Assembly (NCBI GenBank): GCA_905178155.1
Contig: CAJINV010000001.1
Location: 8,215,599 to 8,279,598 of the forward strand
Length of the DNA stretch: 64,000 nt
Reading direction: 5' to 3'
DNA from: Amoebophrya sp. A120
Taxonomy: Eukaryota; Protista; Dinoflagellata
The notes beneath the pieces are model-generated. The model saw nothing but the letters and a program-made list of their open reading frames with translations. It had not been told where the DNA came from and made no database searches. Position numbers and translations under genes: made by a program. This document shows positions 60,701 through 64,000 of the stretch, piece after piece. Positions within the stretch are counted from its first letter, which is position 1. Every line of letters begins with the position of its first letter.

Positions 60701-63700
60701 ATAATTTGTAGAACTGCAAAAAATGCGTTCTTGGGAAGTTCAGTTTTCATCAAACACTTGCTGGAGTCTAGTTTGCCTACGAGTTCTTCCAAAAGCAAGA
60801 GAGAGCAAGATAGAATACCACCACACAAAAAATGTATATTGAAATTCACCTATCCGTATCCGGGTCGTTTCCCCCCTGGCCAATCTATACGGGTTCGTGG
60901 GCTCGCCGGGGGTCCAGGCCATGCCGTCCACGCGCATCAGAACCGACAGATCGCGCATCCGCGGCCGGACGCTGACCCACTTCGTGGACATGGGGCAGAC
61001 CACGTCGTACTGCCAGTAGATGACGGGATTCCGCGCTACCGTGCAGTCCTTGCCCTGTTCCACCACCACGTTGACCAGTTCCAGCTTCAGATCCGTTCCC
61101 TTCTGGATTGCCACCTGGTATTCCTCGCCCTCGTAGCCGCAAATGGTCGCCACCGACTGAGAAACGATGGTGCCGAAGGGCAGCACCTTTGGCTCGGGCG
61201 GAGCCGGCGCATTATCATACGGCCCTGCTAGCAACTGGCGATGATGTTCTTCTTGATGACCTCCGTGCGGTTTTGGCTTCGGCGGTCCAGGTTTTGCAAA
61301 ATGTTTCGGCTTCGGCTTGGGCTTCGGACTTATCTTTTTCGGGGCGGGCAAAGGCAGTGTTTTATCCGTCACGTTCGTGTCGAACTGGATCCAGGCCGGG
61401 TAGAAAAACGCACCCCCCTTGTACTTACTGTGCGTCCGGTGCAACTCCGTCAACAGCCGGCCGTCGACGCTCACCCGCGCCGCTGGGTCCACGGTCACCG
61501 CCCACCACTTCACCTTCTCCACGTCGTTCTTGCAAATGAACCGGACTCCTCGCATGAAGCCGTGCGGCTTGAAATCCGCCGGGTACTTCTTGCAGCCGTT
61601 TTTGTACTCCTTCCCGTTGGCGTGGTACGCCGTGTGGTGGAAATTCCGAATCAGCGCGTTGTTGCACCTCGCCGCGCCGTGGCCTGACATGAGAAGCGCG
61701 TCGTTGAACTCTTTCTCATTCTTCTGCTGCGTCAAGTTTATCGTAATCGTTTGCTTTCGCCCCTTGCACTTAAAGTGACAGAACTTCCGTTCCTTTGCAA
61801 AAACACGCGGCACGTGCTTGGTCTTGTCATCTTCCGCTTTGTGCGCGAAGGGGTTCGCGAGCAACTTTCGCTCGTGGGGCGCACGGTAGCCGAGATTCTC
61901 CACCGCCCGCCTCGGGACCGTGGTCGAGCGGACCTGCATGAGGTCCACAGCGACTTCCATCGTACGGATCAACGGCGGCCCGGCGCGCATCTTCAGCGGT
62001 GTGGCTTTGATGGGTGGCTCCTCGGTCTCGGGTTCGTATTTGTCGCTGGGCGGCTCCAGCAGCTCGGTGCTGGTCTCATTGTACCCTGCCGGCACCAGTT
62101 TCGAATGCAGCAAGTCCAGTGGCGGCACAAAGTCTTCCAGTTCTTCGCAGAACTCGTCGCACTTGACGTTCTCCGGGCTGACGCCGGGGCCCGTGAGGAA
62201 AAACTGCACGACTCCCGCCGTTGGACCGCACAGCAGGTCGTAGGTGAGCTCTCCCACGTCTCCGGGCTTCATGGTCCCGAGACAGGGTTGCTGCCCCGAA
62301 GTCGAGATGGTCTGCACGACGCCGAGCATGGTTTGCCCAAACTTCGGGTACGCTTGCTGCAATCGCGGACCGTCGCCGAAGGGCGACGGGTGGGAGATGA
62401 TTGTCGATGGGTCGTCTCCGGCCGTGGATTTTGTTCCCAAGGTCAGGTCCCCGGCCGTCGGCAGCTTCAGTCTCTGGCCATTGTCCACCATTTCTGTCAA
62501 CAGGGGGAAGCCGCCGGTCGAAAAAATGCTCCCTCCGCCACCCCGCCCGAGGTACAGGCTGGCGGCCGCTGCCGCCATGTGCGCGGGGCCCTTCAGAGCG
62601 TTGTTTTCGACGTTTTTCTTCAGCACTGGCACACCGCGGTCGTCGAATTCAAAATCTCCATTCAACCAATGGTGCTCCAACTCTGGGGGCAGCGCCCCGT
62701 GCTGGCCATGCTCGTGGCTGGCGTAAAACACCGCCGCTTTGCCCTCCTCGTGACCGTGCTTGGCGAACACCTGCCACTCGTGCCGCGCTTCCACATCCGG
62801 TTCGCACTGCTGAAACATCCAGCAGCCGGAAACGAAGGAAAACGCCATGAAATTCATCGTTCTCAGGGACGAACACAGTTCGATGCAGTCGTTCACGGTG
62901 GACGCTTGTGCGGAGTGGATGGAACGGTCGGTGACTTTGCAAGGCAATGTGTTGTAGGCGAGGGGCACCAAAGCCGGGGAGTTCAGCACCGCGAAGTCCT
63001 TCTTCACGTTCGGCACCGGGTGCCCGGTCAAGGCCACGACCGCACTCGTTCCCGGGACCTGCATCGTGATGCCAACGCCGCCGTTCACAGGCGCGTGGTC
63101 GTCCATTTTTTTGGGAAACAACCCCACACTGTAGCCGACCTCGACTGAGCGACACACCTGCTTGACGCACCGGTTCACCTCGCTCCCGGGTGCGAAACAG
63201 TCTTCCTGTGTGAAGCACTTTTTCTCCTGGATGTCCACCTGTTTCGCCAGAATCTCGATAAGCACCGAGGACGGCACGCCGTAGGACAGTTTTACCGGAA
63301 TCGACGCGACATCCGCGTGCTCCTTCAGAACTAGAGTGTTCAGCAGAATGTCCCGTTTGTGCTCCCCGGCGTGCATAATCACCTCCACGGGCGTGGCCAC
63401 CTGTCCGGAACATTGCCCAACGTAGGACAGGACGGACTTCTGAAAGGAGGGAACCATGGAACACCCCTTGATGGTCAGTCCGCCCAGAGCTGCCTGCTGT
63501 TTCGATACCGCCATCTCAACCTTTTCCTCGACGTGGTAGTGCGTGTGCATACCGTGAAGGTCGAGAACGATCTTTTTCAGAACCTTTTTGCAGTACCCCA
63601 ACTGCTGGACGCACACAATACTTTCCGCGTCCGGCCCGCAGTCTGACTGGTCGCGACAGGCATTTCCTTTGTCATGCGCCAAAGTCTGCAGCTCCATGAA

Positions 63701-63917
63701 AGACGGCGGGCGAGAAAACGCCTCGAAGGGAAGCTCCCAAAACGCACCGTGTGCCACCATGCGCGGGTGCCACAGTTGCGTATTCACCATCACGTCGTGA
63801 CGACTGCTGAAGTAGATCCACGCGGAACCCGGGTTGAAGCACTCCAATTTGTATTTTTCTGTGCCTGGATCGAAGTGCGGCGTCATGATGCACTGCGAAT
63901 CGAACAGCCCCTTGTAC
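45771..63917 (-). CDS. Giant (~5,200 aa, 5' end probably outside the window) multi-pass membrane protein with Cys-rich ectodomain, PDZ-like and PH/GRAM-like segments and C-terminal MORN repeats
   Basis: Ten listed ORFs plus short connecting exons join in frame through GT-AG introns 60687-60849, 54681-54817, 54067-54448, 49945-50087, 48622-48769 and 45979-46138, and five exonic introners. MORN motifs include YEGQFKNGARDGFG and YEGEWRQNKKHGEG. A TM block includes FLQFLGLLVAVHGLPEAFQNF. Two copies of an NGTY..KI(Y/F)Y..W..PPxxGW module are present. Confidence 0.7.
46638..46946. mobile_element. Introner family B (309 bp), inverted relative to the 29101 copy
   Basis: TIR TATCGTAAGGAAAAATCCCCCCCCATAT pairs with ATATGGGGAGGGGGGATTTTTCATTTTGATA. 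Direct repeat AGTCA/AATCA. Excision gives EDVYV|TEGKFM. Confidence 0.9.
47922..48225. mobile_element. Introner (304 bp); with its direct repeat it is 309 nt and stop-free
   Basis: 27-bp TIR TATTACAATGAAAAA(C/T)GCCCCCACCCC. Direct repeat CCCCG/CCTCG. The element is hidden inside ORF 46899-48737. Confidence 0.9.
49531..49771. mobile_element. Introner (241 bp)
   Basis: TIR TATGGCGTTCTCAA..GTTACATTCTCA. Perfect direct repeat TCGAT at 49526-49530 and 49772-49776. Excision gives FGEID|QIDLPED. Confidence 0.93.
50462..50770. mobile_element. Introner (309 bp) with ~56-bp TIR
   Basis: TIR TATGGAAG(C/T)GTCAGGTTTGAAATCGTCAAAGTTGAAATA...ATGCATAAAA. Perfect direct repeat GTCCT. Excision gives VLLKD|GTTVVFG. 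Confidence 0.94.
51832..51975. mobile_element. Short, degenerate introner (144 bp)
   Basis: TATACACGGAAAAAGAGCCATCGATTT pairs imperfectly with AAATCAATGGGTCTTTTTCTGTCGGTA. Direct repeat TTCCT/CTCCT. Excision gives QDDE|ETVYSD. Confidence 0.85.
54073..54283. mobile_element. Introner-type element (211 bp) inserted inside a canonical intron next to its 3' splice site
   Basis: TIR core AAAAAGTGTTACAGTTACACATT with TAT/ATA ends. Perfect direct repeat TGATA at 54068-54072 and 54284-54288. It lies within the inferred GT-AG intron 54067-54448. Confidence 0.88.
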
Positions 63918-64000
63918 CTTTTTATACATAAACATAAGTAGTATGTGCTAAGTATCTCCACCTCCATAATATGGAAAGCAAAGGATGCTGCCAGTTTTAC

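Overview
Eukaryotic, intron-containing DNA. Every supportable gene is on the minus strand. Short GT-AG introns coexist with at least 11 non-canonical introner-like introns of 144-322 bp core length. These have 5'-TAT...ATA-3' terminal inverted repeats and 5-bp flanking direct repeats. Together these features point to the parasitic syndinian dinoflagellate Amoebophrya (A120-like); this is inferred, not searched. Removing each exonic element plus one direct repeat rejoins neighbouring ORFs in frame. The reconstructed genes encode a DAGL-like lipase, a sacsin-like protein with an internal U-box, a double-FHA protein, an RRM-UBA-polyQ-SH3-SH3 protein, an RS/RD-rich protein, and a ~5,200-aa multi-pass membrane/MORN protein. 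There are three main observations. (1) A ~7.1-kb divergent non-LTR retrotransposon with a poly(A) tail and ~13-bp TSD sits inside an introner in the lipase catalytic domain. (2) An unrelated 585-bp insertion with a 14-bp TSD sits inside a second introner. (3) A dispersed GCAWNACA motif is shared by all introner families, and one family occurs in both orientations relative to transcription. All splice models were built by hand and need RNA-seq confirmation.
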